Positions 13,620-21,989 of a DNA stretch of 32,251 nt are shown piece by piece (position 1 is the first letter of the stretch; each line of letters begins with the position of its first letter). The stretch is from contig CAYOTW010000003.1 of NCBI GenBank assembly GCA_964407005.1, forward strand, positions 1 through 32,251, read 5' to 3'. The translations under genes and the position numbers were made by a program. This stretch comes from Candidatus Woesearchaeota archaeon. Its GTDB lineage: Archaea; Nanobdellota; Nanobdellia; Pacearchaeales; GW2011-AR1. A model generated the notes under the pieces. It saw only the letters and a program-made list of their open reading frames with translations, was not told where the DNA came from and did no database searches.

Positions 13620-14699
13620 CTAAACTTTCAAATGCCTAAAAACCGAATTTAAAGAAAATCTCTTAACACTAACAACATCATCTGCCCCCCCAGAATATAA
13701 TAAAATATCTTTTTTATCTATTACCGCTCCAGAGGGAAAAACAACATTTCCAATAAATCCTTCTTTTTCATATTTCTGATCTGGTTTAATAAATGGCTCA
13801 TTTAATGGCGAACGAGCAAGAATATGTTCAGGATTTTTCAAATCCATTAAAACAGCTCCTGCACTATATTTTATCTTTCCTTTTCTTTTACTAACTCCAT
13901 GATAAAAACTCAGCCATCCTTTCTTAGTTTTCATTGGAGGCGTTCCCCCTCCAATCCGCTCATATTCCCAATTAGATTTCTCTCTAGGCTGCATAATACT
14001 TCTTTCTTTTCCCCAATAAATCAAATCTTTAGAATAAGACACCCAAATCGAAGGTTTAGAAAAAACAAAATTCCCCTCAGGCCGATGCAATGCAACATAT
14101 TTTCCTTTTATTTTATTTGGGAACAAAACAACATCCTTATTTTGTTCTCTAAAAATTAATCCAAGCCTCTTCCATTTTTTTAAATCCTTAGATTCAGCAA
14201 GATAAGTAGAAACCCCTTCATTTAAAGAAACACCCACATAAGTCATATAATATTTATCTCCAATCTTTGTAATTCTTGGATCTTCAACCCCATAATCTCC
14301 TTCTCCTTCAACACCAAAAAAACTAGGAAAATCTGCAATTTCTTCAACAGACTCTCCATCCCTTGACAATTTAATCTTTTTAAAATGAGAAAATGTAGTA
14401 AGTCTAAATAACCCCTGTTTAAGATAAACAATTCTTTTGCCTTTTTTTAAAATTCTCATTTTTCCAATCTTTTCATATTTAACATCATACGCATCCTTGG
14501 ACGCAACAACTGGAAACCTCATTGACTGATTTTTATGATTAATTGGGGCCTCTGCAACTCGCGCAAATAAATTAACCCTTCCATCTTTTTTAACGGCAGC
14601 AGGATTTAAAATTCCCTTGACTTCCCAATCAGGAAAACTAGGTTGGATATCATCTGGATTTAAAAGAAGTTTACCCCTCATGTATTTTAAAACAATCAC
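13620..14699 (-). CDS. GH130/DUF377-family glycosidase or glycoside phosphorylase (beta-propeller)
   Basis: GILNPAAV...VEDPRITKIGDKYYMTYVGV...GGGTPP... is characteristic of COG2152/GH130. Confidence 0.8.
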   Translation of the reverse strand: MIVLKYMRGKLLLNPDDIQPSFPDWEVKGILNPAAVKKDGRVNLFARVAEAPINHKNQSMRFPVVASKDAYDVKYEKIGKMRILKKGKRIVYLKQGLFRLTTFSHFKKIKLSRDGESVEEIADFPSFFGVEGEGDYGVEDPRITKIGDKYYMTYVGVSLNEGVSTYLAESKDLKKWKRLGLIFREQNKDVVLFPNKIKGKYVALHRPEGNFVFSKPSIWVSYSKDLIYWGKERSIMQPREKSNWEYERIGGGTPPMKTKKGWLSFYHGVSKRKGKIKYSAGAVLMDLKNPEHILARSPLNEPFIKPDQKYEKEGFIGNVVFPSGAVIDKKDILLYSGGADDVVSVKRFSLNSVFRHLKV

Positions 14700-14729
14700 T
14701 CCTATATAAATATTTTTAAAACAATAAAC

Positions 14730-14737
14730 TTTAAAAC
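14730..14737 (+). promoter_or_regulatory. TATA-like box (TTTAAAAC) about 27 nt upstream of tRNA-Gly
   Basis: Sequence match and spacing. Confidence 0.4.
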
Positions 14738-14760
14738 TTAAGTTTTAATTATAACTTAAA

Positions 14761-14831
14761 GCGTGGGTAGTTTAGTGGCAGAATCTTTGGCTTCCAACCA
14801 AATGACCCGGGTTCGAATCCCGGCCCGCGCA
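14761..14831 (+). tRNA. tRNA-Gly(TCC)
   Basis: GCGTGGG TA GTTT AGTGGCA GAAT C TTTGG CTTCCAA CCAAA TGAC CCGGG TTCGAAT CCCGG CCCGCGC A. 71 nt. Confidence 0.9.
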
Positions 14832-14993
14832 TTTCTTGGCCGGGATGTAATCACTTCAATCTTGCAAAAGTTGAAGTCCCAGAAATTTTCAATTTCTGAG
14901 CCGGCCCGCGCATTTCTTGGCCGGGATGTAATCACTTCAATCTTGCAAAAGTTGAAGTCCCAGAAATTTTCAATTTCTGAGCCGGCCCGCGCA
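14820..14993 (+). repeat. 81-nt perfect tandem repeat (2 full copies plus a 12-nt third start). Each unit is the tRNA-Gly 3' end ccggcccgcgca, a T-arm look-alike, and the 48-nt two-hairpin module
   Basis: 14820-14900 equals 14901-14981 exactly, and 14982-14993 repeats ccggcccgcgca. Module copies lie at 14853-14900 and 14934-14981. Confidence 0.93.
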
Positions 14994-15038
14994 TACGCAA
15001 TCGAACAAAGTGAGATGCGTGTTGGATTCTAAGCAGAA

Positions 15039-15117
15039 CCGGGTTCGAATACAACAAATTGCTTTGCAATTTGTGTTGCCAAAATTATGAAAGAATTTTT
15101 AGCACCCGGCCCGCGCA
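15039..15117 (+). repeat. Partial tRNA-Gly T-arm/acceptor copy interrupted by a different 54-nt two-hairpin cassette
   Basis: ccgggttcgaat|acaacaaattgctttgcaatttgtgttgccaaaattatgaaagaatttttagca|cccggcccgcgca. Removing 15051-15104 restores tRNA positions 49-73 exactly. Confidence 0.88.
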
Positions 15118-15167
15118 CACTTTTTCAATTAAAGCTTGACGGCACTAAAAATCTTTGATTTTTTTAG

Positions 15168-15179
15168 CCGGCCCGCGCA
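15168..15179 (+). repeat. Fifth and last exact copy of the tRNA-Gly 3' end (ccggcccgcgca)
   Basis: Preceded by a 50-nt insert (15118-15167) that contains the hairpin aaaaatc-ttt-gattttt and ends in ag. It is followed by tac, as is copy 3. Confidence 0.88.
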
Positions 15180-15205
15180 TACATAATTCCAATAAAAACA
15201 AAAAA

Positions 15206-15538
15206 TCAACGACCTCTTCTTAATCTTCTAACATCTCTTCTAAACTTTTCCTTAATATTCTGCGGATTTAAATTTCTAGGCAATCCAACACTTCTTCTAG
15301 GAGAACCATTATTCCAAACAGCCCCCGACCTCCTAATAACCCTTCCTCTAGAATCCCTTGTAACCCCATAACTACTTCCCCTATAACCCGGACAATGATT
15401 AATAACCCGTGTCCTTTGAGGAAATTGATAATATCTTGGATTAGAATAGCCTTGATAATAATTAGAAGGCAAACAACCAGCCATAGAAGCCCCTAAGAAA
15501 ATAGAACCAATAAAACCAATTAACCCAGTTTTATTCAT
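15206..15538 (-). CDS. Small Arg-rich putative lipoprotein
   Basis: Preferred start is Met15 (ATG 15538-15536), with a TTTATATA box about 25 nt upstream. Signal plus lipobox-like MNKTGLIGFIGSIFLGASMAGC. Confidence 0.5.
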   Translation of the reverse strand: MNKTGLIGFIGSIFLGASMAGCLPSNYYQGYSNPRYYQFPQRTRVINHCPGYRGSSYGVTRDSRGRVIRRSGAVWNNGSPRRSVGLPRNLNPQNIKEKFRRDVRRLRRGR

Positions 15539-15559
15539 ATAAAAAATAAGTAAAACACC

Positions 15560-15567
15560 TATATAAA
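15560..15567 (-). promoter_or_regulatory. TATA box (TTTATATA on the minus strand) for the lipoprotein gene
   Basis: About 25 nt from the ATG at 15538. Confidence 0.4.
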
Positions 15568-15584
15568 CTTTACTTTGCAAACCC

Positions 15585-15592
15585 TTATAAAT
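15585..15592 (+). promoter_or_regulatory. TATA box (TTATAAAT) about 25 nt upstream of the secF ATG
   Basis: Sequence match and spacing. Divergent from the previous box. Confidence 0.45.
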
Positions 15593-15612
15593 AGGTTTTA
15601 TTAAGAATAAAT

Positions 15613-16620
15613 ATGTCCTTTGAAAAGTTTTATAATAAGAACTACAAAAAATTACTCATAGCCCCAGCCTTGCTACTTTTACTTTCATTAGCATATTTAG
15701 GTTATTTTTTTATAGAAAATAATGATATAATTAACAAAGACGTATCTCTGACGGGGGGGACAACAATAACCCTATTTACAGATAAATCAGTGGCAGATAT
15801 TACAAACGAGCTCTCAAAAGAACTACGGGACTTTGACATAAGGGCAATCACTGGTTCACAAGGAGACCAAAGAATTACAATAATTATTCAAACAGAAAAG
15901 ATTGAAACTGTTGAAACTATTTTAGAGAATTTGATTGGAGAAGAACTTTCGCAAGAAAATTCCAGCATAGAAACCACCTCTTCTTCTCTAGGGCAGGATT
16001 TTTACAAACAACTTATCATTGCAGTTTTATTAGCCTTCTTTTGGATGGCCGCCGTTGTATTTTTAATCTTTGCTGACAACAAAAAAATCAAAACCTATGT
16101 TGTCTTATTAAATATTTTTTTAGGATTTTTCCTAGGTTTAATCTTTTTCAAACTAAACATTTCATTGTCTATAATTCTCTTTTTAATTCTTGCAGGAATT
16201 TTAATTTATACATATGCAAGATATTCTACCCCTGCATTTGCAGTAATGTTCGCAGCTTTTGCAGATATTGTAATGACTCTTGCAGTTGTAAATTTAATTG
16301 GAATGAAAATTTCTTCAGCAGGAATTGTGGCTTTCTTAATGCTTATAGGTTATTCAGTAGACACAGACATCCTACTAACAACAAGAGTATTAAAAAGAAA
16401 AGGAAAAATAAACTCTGCAATGTTCAATGCCTTAAAAACCGGAATGACAATGACCTTAACCTCTTTGATAACTGTTGCAACAGCCTTAATTGTTGTTTAT
16501 TCTTTCGGTAGTATATTAAATCAAATATTCTCAATCTTGTTAATTGGTTTAGGATTTGATCTATTCAACACATGGGTCTCAAACGCATCTTTAATTAAAT
16601 GGTATGCAGAGAAAAAATGA
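15613..16620 (+). CDS. secF: Protein-export membrane protein SecF
   Basis: N-terminal TM helix, a periplasmic-type domain and six C-terminal TM helices, with ...LIGYSVDTDILLTTRVLKR. Adjacent to secD. Confidence 0.85.
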   Translation: MSFEKFYNKNYKKLLIAPALLLLLSLAYLGYFFIENNDIINKDVSLTGGTTITLFTDKSVADITNELSKELRDFDIRAITGSQGDQRITIIIQTEKIETVETILENLIGEELSQENSSIETTSSSLGQDFYKQLIIAVLLAFFWMAAVVFLIFADNKKIKTYVVLLNIFLGFFLGLIFFKLNISLSIILFLILAGILIYTYARYSTPAFAVMFAAFADIVMTLAVVNLIGMKISSAGIVAFLMLIGYSVDTDILLTTRVLKRKGKINSAMFNALKTGMTMTLTSLITVATALIVVYSFGSILNQIFSILLIGLGFDLFNTWVSNASLIKWYAEKK

Positions 16621-18161
16621 AATTCACATTTAGAATATGGCTGTTGTTAATTTTTATAAGTCTTTCATTACTTTCAATATTTGTAAATTCAAGTGGAATA
16701 ACATTTTTACAAGAGGGAATAAAAGTAGATTCTATAAACCAAGAATCAAGACTTTTTGAACAAGGATTAAAACAAGGAGACATTATTATTTCAATAAATA
16801 ATCAAGAAATAGATTCTTCTGAAGAATATTATAATTTAATCTCTCAATACGGAGAAGAATCTGAAAAGATTATTTTAAAGACACAACAACAGGAAATTGT
16901 GGCCCTTGTAAATGGTTCTGCCTTTTCTTCTATTGCTGTCTCAGAGCTACCCTCAACAAGGCTTAATACAGGGTTAGATTTGCAAGGGGGGACTAGGGCA
17001 ATAATTAGACCAGAACAAAGATTAACAGAACAAGAACTTAATGACCTAATCTCAGTTTCAGAACAAAGATTAAATGTTTATGGATTAACAGACGCAAAAT
17101 TTTACAAAGTAACAACTTCCGACGGAGAGAACCTAATGGGTGTTGAAATTGCCGGCTCAACAAACCAAGAGATAGAAGAACTTGTAGCACAACAAGGAAA
17201 ATTTGAAGCAAAGATTGGAAACCAAACTGTTTTCACAGGGGGAGAAAAAGATATAACTCATGTAGGAAGAACAGGTCAAGACGCGATGATCACAGATTGT
17301 TTTGAGGTTCAAGGAGGACACGCCTGTAATTTTAGGTTTGTAATCTATCTAAGCGAACAAGCAGCCCAAAGGCATGCAGACATAACTTCAAACCTTTCTT
17401 TAAATCAAACAAATCCTCAATATTTAGAAAAAAGAATAACTTTTTATGTTGATGATAAAGAAACTTCTTCATTAAATATTGGTGCAGACCTAAGGGGAAA
17501 CGTAGCTACTCAAATTCAAATTTCTGGTTCAGAATCTGCAGAGACTAGAGAACAAGCATTAGATGCCACTAAAAATGAAATGAAAAAATTACAAACAATC
17601 TTAATTACAGGTTCCCTTCCATACAAATTAGAAATTGCCAAGATAGACAGAATTTCCCCAAAACTTGGACAAGAATTTGGACAACAAATTCTTCTAGCAT
17701 CAATCTTTGCAATTCTTGCAGTTTCACTAATTGTCTTCATAAGGTATAGAAAAATAAAAATCTCTGCAGCATTAATTGCCGTTTCACTATCAGAGGTTTT
17801 AATTATTTTAGGAGTAGCTTCTTTAATCAGTTGGAATCTTGATCTTGCATCTATTGCAGGGATTATTGCAGCTATTGGAACCGGGATTGATAGCCAGTTA
17901 ATAATCATTGATGAATCACATGAAAGATCAGAATCAATCAAACAAAGAATCAAAAAAGCCTTGTTTATCATAGTAACTGCATTTACAACAACTTTTGTTG
18001 CATTAGTTCCCTTAACAGGCTGGTTAAGCTTCATGGGAATTGGAGCAGTTTCAGCAGGCCTATTAAAAGGATTTGCTTTAACAACAATGATTGGAATCAC
18101 AACAGGTGTTTTAATCTCACGACCTGCATTTGCAGATATTGCAAGACAAATGGAGGAATAA
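16617..18161 (+). CDS. secD: Protein-export membrane protein SecD
   Basis: GLDLQGGTRAII motif and a C-terminal 6-TM domain. Start chosen at the ATG overlapping the secF stop (ATGA). The ORF-track alternative is 16599. Confidence 0.85.
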   Translation: MKFTFRIWLLLIFISLSLLSIFVNSSGITFLQEGIKVDSINQESRLFEQGLKQGDIIISINNQEIDSSEEYYNLISQYGEESEKIILKTQQQEIVALVNGSAFSSIAVSELPSTRLNTGLDLQGGTRAIIRPEQRLTEQELNDLISVSEQRLNVYGLTDAKFYKVTTSDGENLMGVEIAGSTNQEIEELVAQQGKFEAKIGNQTVFTGGEKDITHVGRTGQDAMITDCFEVQGGHACNFRFVIYLSEQAAQRHADITSNLSLNQTNPQYLEKRITFYVDDKETSSLNIGADLRGNVATQIQISGSESAETREQALDATKNEMKKLQTILITGSLPYKLEIAKIDRISPKLGQEFGQQILLASIFAILAVSLIVFIRYRKIKISAALIAVSLSEVLIILGVASLISWNLDLASIAGIIAAIGTGIDSQLIIIDESHERSESIKQRIKKALFIIVTAFTTTFVALVPLTGWLSFMGIGAVSAGLLKGFALTTMIGITTGVLISRPAFADIARQMEE

Positions 18162-18616
18162 TGCTCCCAAGACACCACATAACAATAGGGCTAATAATCT
18201 CATTAAGCTTATTTCTAACACCTCTAAAAGACCTAGAAATACTATTATTCTTTTTTTCTTCCTGGCTTTTAATCGACCTTGACCATTACTTTAGATATAT
18301 CTATATAAAAAATAATTTTTCAATAAAAAATTTTTTAAAATTCTCAAAAAAAGAAGCAGAAAAATGGGCATTTATTTCAAAAAAACAAAAAACCAATTAC
18401 AAAAAACCAATTTTCATATTTCACAATATTGAATTTTTATTTATACTTTTTATAGTCTCTTTATTTTTTCCAATAATCTCCTTCTTAATTCTGGGTTTTA
18501 TTCTCCATCTTTTTACAGATTATACTTATGCAATCTTAAAAAAAGAACCAATCCTACATAAAATCTCATTAATAGCAACATTAGCAACAAATAAAAATAA
18601 GAAAAGATTTATTTAA
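18161..18616 (+). CDS. Small polytopic membrane protein, possibly DUF457/YdjM-like
   Basis: TAATG overlap with secD. His/Asp motifs (HHITIG, DLDHYF, FHN, HLFTDY) lie in TM segments. The family call is tentative. Confidence 0.6.
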   Translation: MLPRHHITIGLIISLSLFLTPLKDLEILLFFFSSWLLIDLDHYFRYIYIKNNFSIKNFLKFSKKEAEKWAFISKKQKTNYKKPIFIFHNIEFLFILFIVSLFFPIISFLILGFILHLFTDYTYAILKKEPILHKISLIATLATNKNKKRFI

Positions 18617-18618
18617 AC

Positions 18619-20145
18619 ATGGTTCAAGAATCTTTAACAGAATCAACTCTTAAAAATTCAACATACAACTTTATAGAAACATTTATCTGTAGATTTGGGG
18701 GCCTTGCCTTTTCAATAATTTTAGCAAGAATTTTACTCCCGGAACTTTTTGGACTCTATTCATTAGTTTTATCTTTACTATCTATAGTAATAATTTTTAC
18801 AGATTTAGGGATGGGCAAAACTCTTGTGAGGTATGTCTCAGAAGCACTAGGAAAAAAGGATAGGTCAAAAGCAAACGTATATATAAGATACCTAATGAAA
18901 TTAAGATTCTTTCTTTTTATAATAGTCTTATTTACTATCTTAATTTTTGGCAAGTTTATATCAAATACATTATTTCAGAAACCAGAGATATATTTTCCAT
19001 TACTAATGTCTTCTTTTTATGTTTTAATGAAGATATCTTTTGATTTTTTCAGATCCTTATTTGTTTCATCAAAAGATTTAAAAAATTTTACAATGATGCA
19101 ACTAATCTTTCAATTATCTAGAATTGGCCTAGTTTTATTGGCTATTTATATTCTTTCAGAAAAAATAATTGTTTCGGGGATATTTATTTCTCTAGCCATT
19201 TCTCTCTTTTTAACCTCATTATACGCCTTTTTTAAGATAGACCGAGAATTAATTTCCATCAAAAATAACAAACAACAAATAGATAAAAAAAGAATTTTAC
19301 ATTATTTAGGGTTTGTTAGCATCGTAAGTGTTTCAACTACTTTCTTTGGTTCAATAGATACCTTAATGCTAGGTGGCTTCGTTTCTACACCCTATATAGG
19401 ATTTTATAGGGTCGCTTTAAGTTTAACAACAGCAGTTGCAGGATTATTTGCATTTGGATCTGTTTTGTTACCAATTTTTACACAACTTGAAGATAATAAG
19501 GTTGAAAGAGGATTTAAAAAATCATTAAAAGGCATATCAATGTTTACGATACCTTCTGTTTTTGGATTATTGATATTTTCAAGACAAATAATCAAACTGA
19601 TATATGGGGGCGAATACTTGATGGCCACAATACCTCTGTATGCCTTGAGTTTGATCATATTAACAACCCCCTTAATTGTGTTATATTCTAGTTTTTTTGA
19701 ATCCAAGGAAAAACCAAAAATACTCGTAAAAGCAGTCTTATTTTCATTATTTTTGAACATAACTTTGAATTTTTTTCTTATCAAATATCTTCCAACCATA
19801 TTTAATAAAGGTCCCGAATTTGCAATTTTGGGTGCTGGAATCGCAACAGTGACAAGTAGGGCAACTTATTTATTTTTCTTAAAGAAAAGCATGAAAAAAA
19901 TCTCTAAAATAAAAGGAGAACTAAGTTTATTGAAAAAACCCTTCATCGCAAGCATAGTTATGTCTGTTTTTTTATTATTTTATATATCCTATTTAGATTT
20001 GAATTTAATCCTAGGAATTCTAGGGATAATTTTTAGTATAGTCCTCTATTTTGGATTTTTATATTTAATTTCTGGTTTTGAAAAAAAGGATTTACTTGTT
20101 ATAAAAGATATTTTTAAAAATAAGTTTAATAAAAAAGCACCCTAA
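18619..20145 (+). CDS. Polysaccharide/oligosaccharide flippase (MOP superfamily, Wzx/AglR-like)
   Basis: 508 aa, about 14 TM helices, typical N-terminal ...FGGLAFSIILARILLPELFG... pattern. Borders the glycan gene cluster. Confidence 0.8.
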   Translation: MVQESLTESTLKNSTYNFIETFICRFGGLAFSIILARILLPELFGLYSLVLSLLSIVIIFTDLGMGKTLVRYVSEALGKKDRSKANVYIRYLMKLRFFLFIIVLFTILIFGKFISNTLFQKPEIYFPLLMSSFYVLMKISFDFFRSLFVSSKDLKNFTMMQLIFQLSRIGLVLLAIYILSEKIIVSGIFISLAISLFLTSLYAFFKIDRELISIKNNKQQIDKKRILHYLGFVSIVSVSTTFFGSIDTLMLGGFVSTPYIGFYRVALSLTTAVAGLFAFGSVLLPIFTQLEDNKVERGFKKSLKGISMFTIPSVFGLLIFSRQIIKLIYGGEYLMATIPLYALSLIILTTPLIVLYSSFFESKEKPKILVKAVLFSLFLNITLNFFLIKYLPTIFNKGPEFAILGAGIATVTSRATYLFFLKKSMKKISKIKGELSLLKKPFIASIVMSVFLLFYISYLDLNLILGILGIIFSIVLYFGFLYLISGFEKKDLLVIKDIFKNKFNKKAP

Positions 20146-20155
20146 AAAACAAAAC

Positions 20156-21427
20156 CTATAATTCCCACAAATAACAATTTCTTTTTCCTTCGTGAATAGA
20201 ATCAAAACAAATTAACTTATTTTGAAAATCAAACCTTGGATGCAAGTCACATCTCAGTCCACTATTCTCCCATTTTTTCCATGCATTTTTCCCCTTAACA
20301 TATTTTTTATCAGGAAGAGAAAAAAAGTTCCCAACTATTTTCTTCTTTTTTCTTTTTAGGTCATAAATAATAAGTTTTCTTTGGTGTTTCTTGTTTGGAT
20401 AGGTATCGGTAACAATATACTTCTCATTTTCAGAGAAGCTAGGATGCCCATCCTCATTATGAATATTTAACCTTTTCACTTCTTTTGTTTTATCCTTTAA
20501 TATATAATACCCTACTGGAAGTGCTCTCTTTCTAATAAATTTAGGGATTATTTTTCTATAAATCGGCAAAACTTTTTCAATCAAAAAATTTGATCGTTTG
20601 CCCCCTTGTCTTATTTTACCGAATTTTTCTGAAGCACTACACCATCCAAATAATTCTTTATTATTTTTCCATGCAAAATGGGAATAAAAACCACTATCTC
20701 TGAAACAATGCAGTTTTTTCCCATTTAAGTTACACGTAAAAAACCGAGTATGCGATAACCCTCCTTCAATGTTCCATCTATGAAAAAAACAAAACCTGTC
20801 TCCTCTTGGATTAAACTTCAAATGATTAACCCAATGTTTTCCCTTGCACATGGAGTCAATAGGGTTATAATCCTTTAAATCCTTAAGAGAGATTATTCTT
20901 TTGCTTTTATTTTTGTTTAAGTCAATTAAATATATCCCTTCATCAATAGGTACTTTTTTGTCATAATTCTTGTCTCTTAAACCAGGATAGCCATAACCTT
21001 TTCTTAAATTGTCTAATCTTGAAAAATTGAGAGACAAGAAATACTTTCCAGAAGGATGCACTTCATAAACAGGCCCCCCAATAACCCTCTCTTCTCTTTT
21101 ATTTTTTATATCCACTATAACTGCTACAAATTTTCCTCCCCTTAAATCATTGAATATTATTTTTGAATTATGGTCGGGAGGAAACCATTGCAACATGCAT
21201 CCTTGTTGCCAGTTCCAGGCCCGAGTTTCAGAAATTTTTTCTTGTTTTCCGGTTTTTAGATCAATAAGAAGGATATCGGCTTTCTCTTTTCCAGAGGGAA
21301 ACCGATCAATAAAATCGACCCCTAAGACCAAAGCATATTTTCCATCCTTGCTTACTTGAGGCAAGTCATAATAGCCAAAGAAATAATGCCTAGCTCCTTT
21401 TACTAGTTTTTTTATTTTTTGTTTCAT
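20156..21427 (-). CDS. Hypothetical protein, probably a beta-propeller; last gene of the minus-strand glycan operon
   Basis: 423-aa ORF with repeated short beta-strand/Gly-Lys turns (DGKYALVL, GKYFLSL, GDRFCFF). No catalytic motif recognised. Confidence 0.7.
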   Translation of the reverse strand: MKQKIKKLVKGARHYFFGYYDLPQVSKDGKYALVLGVDFIDRFPSGKEKADILLIDLKTGKQEKISETRAWNWQQGCMLQWFPPDHNSKIIFNDLRGGKFVAVIVDIKNKREERVIGGPVYEVHPSGKYFLSLNFSRLDNLRKGYGYPGLRDKNYDKKVPIDEGIYLIDLNKNKSKRIISLKDLKDYNPIDSMCKGKHWVNHLKFNPRGDRFCFFHRWNIEGGLSHTRFFTCNLNGKKLHCFRDSGFYSHFAWKNNKELFGWCSASEKFGKIRQGGKRSNFLIEKVLPIYRKIIPKFIRKRALPVGYYILKDKTKEVKRLNIHNEDGHPSFSENEKYIVTDTYPNKKHQRKLIIYDLKRKKKKIVGNFFSLPDKKYVKGKNAWKKWENSGLRCDLHPRFDFQNKLICFDSIHEGKRNCYLWEL

Positions 21428-21989
21428 TTTTATATAGGTCTATAAGATAATACACTTCACCTGCAAATAGGTTCGGGTATATTTTTGCAAGAATCTTTCT
21501 CACGGGAATTGGTAAGAATTTTGCACCACTACAGGCAAACCAATATTCTTTTTTCACATATTTCCCAAAATATTTTTTAATAAATTTCTCTATACTAGGC
21601 ATCGTAAAAAAATGTTTATGGGTATAAGGGTCATAAGTTTTTCTTAACTGGCGCCCAAAAAGCATTTTTATACGGCTACTATATGTCAATTCATTCGGAA
21701 GACCAATTAAAACATATCTTTTTGATACCCTCTTAATTTCTTCACATATTTTTTCAAGGTAACAAAGGTGCTCCAATATCTGATTTGCTACGACAAGGTC
21801 AAAAGAGTTTTCTTTTAAGGGCAAAGTTTGCTTTAAATTTAAATCTTGTTTTATGTCTGCTTTTTCAACAACATCAACAGTAGTTGTTTTATAATCTTTA
21901 AACAATTCTCCTCTGCTTCCAATATCTAAAACAAGTCCTACATTTTTTGGGATTATTTTACATATCTGCTGTTTTCTATATTCATTCAT
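21390..21989 (-). CDS. Class I SAM-dependent methyltransferase
   Basis: VLDIGSRGE (motif I) and DLVVANQILEHL. Start set at the ATGAATGA overlap with the upstream GT stop. The ORF-track alternative is 22046. Confidence 0.8.
   Translation of the reverse strand: MNEYRKQQICKIIPKNVGLVLDIGSRGELFKDYKTTTVDVVEKADIKQDLNLKQTLPLKENSFDLVVANQILEHLCYLEKICEEIKRVSKRYVLIGLPNELTYSSRIKMLFGRQLRKTYDPYTHKHFFTMPSIEKFIKKYFGKYVKKEYWFACSGAKFLPIPVRKILAKIYPNLFAGEVYYLIDLYKNETKNKKTSKRS

Noticed and set aside
14845-14900. Possible C/D-box sRNA, because the module ends in CUGA(G) and the Gly copy has GAUGUAA near its 5' side
   Set aside because: There is no RUGAUGA C box or C'/D' boxes. The Leu copies have a different 5' flank (GUUCGAAUC). 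Both halves are locked in stable hairpins, leaving no single-stranded guide region.
14880-14930. Hammerhead-like core (CUGAG ... stem CCGGCC/GGCCGG ...)
   Set aside because: The GAAA element and the UH cleavage context are not in the required positions. The Leu-linked copies lack the CCGGCC stem entirely, so the motif is not conserved with the module.
14763-15032. 89-aa plus-strand ORF from the track
   Set aside because: It starts inside tRNA-Gly and reads through the 81-nt tandem repeat, so its repeated peptide ARAFLGRDVITSILQKLKSQKFSISEP is an artefact of that repeat.
14820-15179. Regularly spaced direct repeats (ccggcccgcgca x5) that could be taken for a small CRISPR array
   Set aside because: The repeat is only 12 nt and equals the 3' end of the adjacent tRNA-Gly. 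Two 'spacers' are identical to each other, spacer lengths range from 50 to 111 nt, and no cas genes or leader are present. It is treated as a tRNA-end echo array instead.
17516-18178. 220-aa minus-strand ORF
   Set aside because: It is entirely antisense to the well-supported secD gene, and it has hydrophobic low-complexity composition typical of the reverse frame of a membrane protein gene.
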